The translations under genes and the position numbers were made by a program. A stretch of 64,000 nt of DNA from Rozella allomycis CSF55 (taxonomy: Eukaryota), in NCBI GenBank assembly GCA_000442015.1, contig KE560384.1, forward strand, positions 62,001 to 126,000, written 5' to 3'. Of the stretch, positions 62,675 through 64,000 are shown piece by piece. The stretch's first letter is position 1. Each line of letters opens with the position of its first letter. A model generated the notes under the pieces. The model was not told the origin of the DNA. It ran no database searches and was given only the letters and a program-made list of their open reading frames with translations.

Positions 62675-63640
62675 ATGATCAATGAAAATGTAAACTTTCA
62701 TATAAACCTAAACAAGGTCAATTATGAGAGACTAAAGACCTGGTCCAAATATTTAAACTTAGAATGGCACCCGTTTCTAGCAAAGAAATATTTTGAAATA
62801 GTGCAAAATAAAAGGGAATGTGCCTACCATCACAAAATTATCAATGATTCTCATAGAACTCTAAAGACTTGTACCGATTTCAAACAGAAGGTATCAGATA
62901 CATCAATTACCCGCGTTTTAAATGCTTCGGTGCATTTATTAGAAGAAGTTAACAAGCATGGTAATAATTTACACAAAGAGACACCTTAGACGACTATAAA
63001 TTCACGTACGTCCAGGGAATGAATGTTTTACTTGCGCCTTTCATATTTGAGTTTGGCGAAGCACCATCATTATTCATGTTTTCCAAATTCATTCACATTG
63101 TATGCCCCACATATGTTCAACCGCAGTTGCAGGGTGTCCATGCATCAATTAAAGTATAAATGTAACTATAATGTACCTAGTTGTTTGACGAGATATTTAA
63201 AAGATGTGATGAAGAACTGTACAATTATTTAAAGAGTAAAAATATTTCTAGCCAGATCTTGGCTTTTGCTCGTAATTAACTGCTTTTTATAAGTACAGCA
63301 TTAATGACTTTTTCAGCGTGCCTATCTCCTTTTGACGAAGTTATTAAATTATGGGATTACTTTATGACCTATGGGTTCCATTTACATATTATTTCATTCG
63401 TTTGCAACATTGTAAAACATAGAGAGGAATTATTGGCGACAAAAACGTAAATATATTTTTCAGTCAGTTAATCATAGTCCTAGCAATTTACTAAGAGCAA
63501 ATTGGCCAACCGTAGATGCTAGCTTTTTGATAAAGGCAACATCGGCTTGTGCGATGACAATTTCAGGCCAGTTTATGAATTTGCTTAAATCTCACATGAT
63601 CGATATGAAGGTATGTGCAGAAATAAATAACGAATGTTAA
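62675..63640 (+). CDS. BUB2: Bub2/Cdc16-like TBC-domain GAP, about 6 exons
   Basis: KIINDSHRTL, YVQGMNVLLAPF, CPTYVQPQLQGVH, LMTFSAC...EVIKLWDYFMTYGFHL. Confidence 0.85.
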
Positions 63641-63758
63641 TGAATAATTCATGTAATGTTCCCATAACACTGAACACTCCTCAGTTGTCACAATTTTAGG
63701 CTAAATATACCCATCGTTATGTCATGTATTTGTGTACATGACACCAAAAATATTCAGA

Positions 63759-64000
63759 TCAAATCGGGAATTCAGGGGTCAGCCATTCGCTCCCATCTAG
63801 GAGTTTCATCGGAACGGTCGATTTTGGAATTCGCACATAATCACCTTGTACCCAAAACCAATTTATTGAAAATTGATGATATATAATTGCTCGTTTTGCT
63901 AGATCTATGATATTCTTTGATAAATTCTTTGACTCTGTATCCTTTGGTTCCTGTTTTTTCTCCAATTTACGATCACCAATGCAAAAATACCAAACATCAA
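63759..64000 (-). CDS. 3' end of a gene continuing beyond the window
   Basis: Open frame ending at 63759 convergent on BUB2; no recognisable motif. Confidence 0.4.
   Translation of the reverse strand, partial: DVWYFCIGDRKLEKKQEPKDTESKNLSKNIIDLAKRAIIYHQFSINWFWVQGDYVRIPKSTVPMKLLDGSEWLTPEFPI

Overview
AT-rich, very gene-dense eukaryotic nuclear DNA with about 40 protein-coding genes and one U1 snRNA gene. The gene set and style suggest an early-diverging fungus or relative (Rozella/Cryptomycota-like). That is inference, not a database match. Recognisable genes include TYW1, a class C GPCR, KU70, RIX1-like, SEC12, an EXD1-like exonuclease, an ATP-dependent DNA ligase, POLD3/POL32, MRPL21, a MEF2-type MADS box, SNX8/MVP1, HPPD, tricalbin, UVRAG/VPS38-like, a trefoil-GH31 glucosidase, a mitochondrial carrier, TVP15, HAS1, TRM11, UBC7, a half-size ABCA, XPF/RAD1 and BUB2. 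The most striking signal is the splicing system. Well over 100 hand-placed introns are almost all 26-30 nt, and AG dinucleotides at 24-25 nt are skipped. Four introns in conserved genes (TRM11, XPF, DNA ligase, SEC12) restore the reading frame and family motif only if they end in non-canonical TG or GG at 26-29 nt. The U1 snRNA here also has a fully diverged U1-70K binding loop. Together these suggest a length-measuring ('ruler') spliceosome with relaxed 3' splice-site recognition. Other notable items: a putative ecto-kinase, a SAM-SH3-SH3-villin-headpiece protein, two head-to-head genes sharing one CATG, a recurrent ACWNNGCCAC/TGACAGT motif near start codons, and N-joined allele duplications indicating heterozygosity. 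Exon boundaries were placed by eye and need RNA-seq confirmation.
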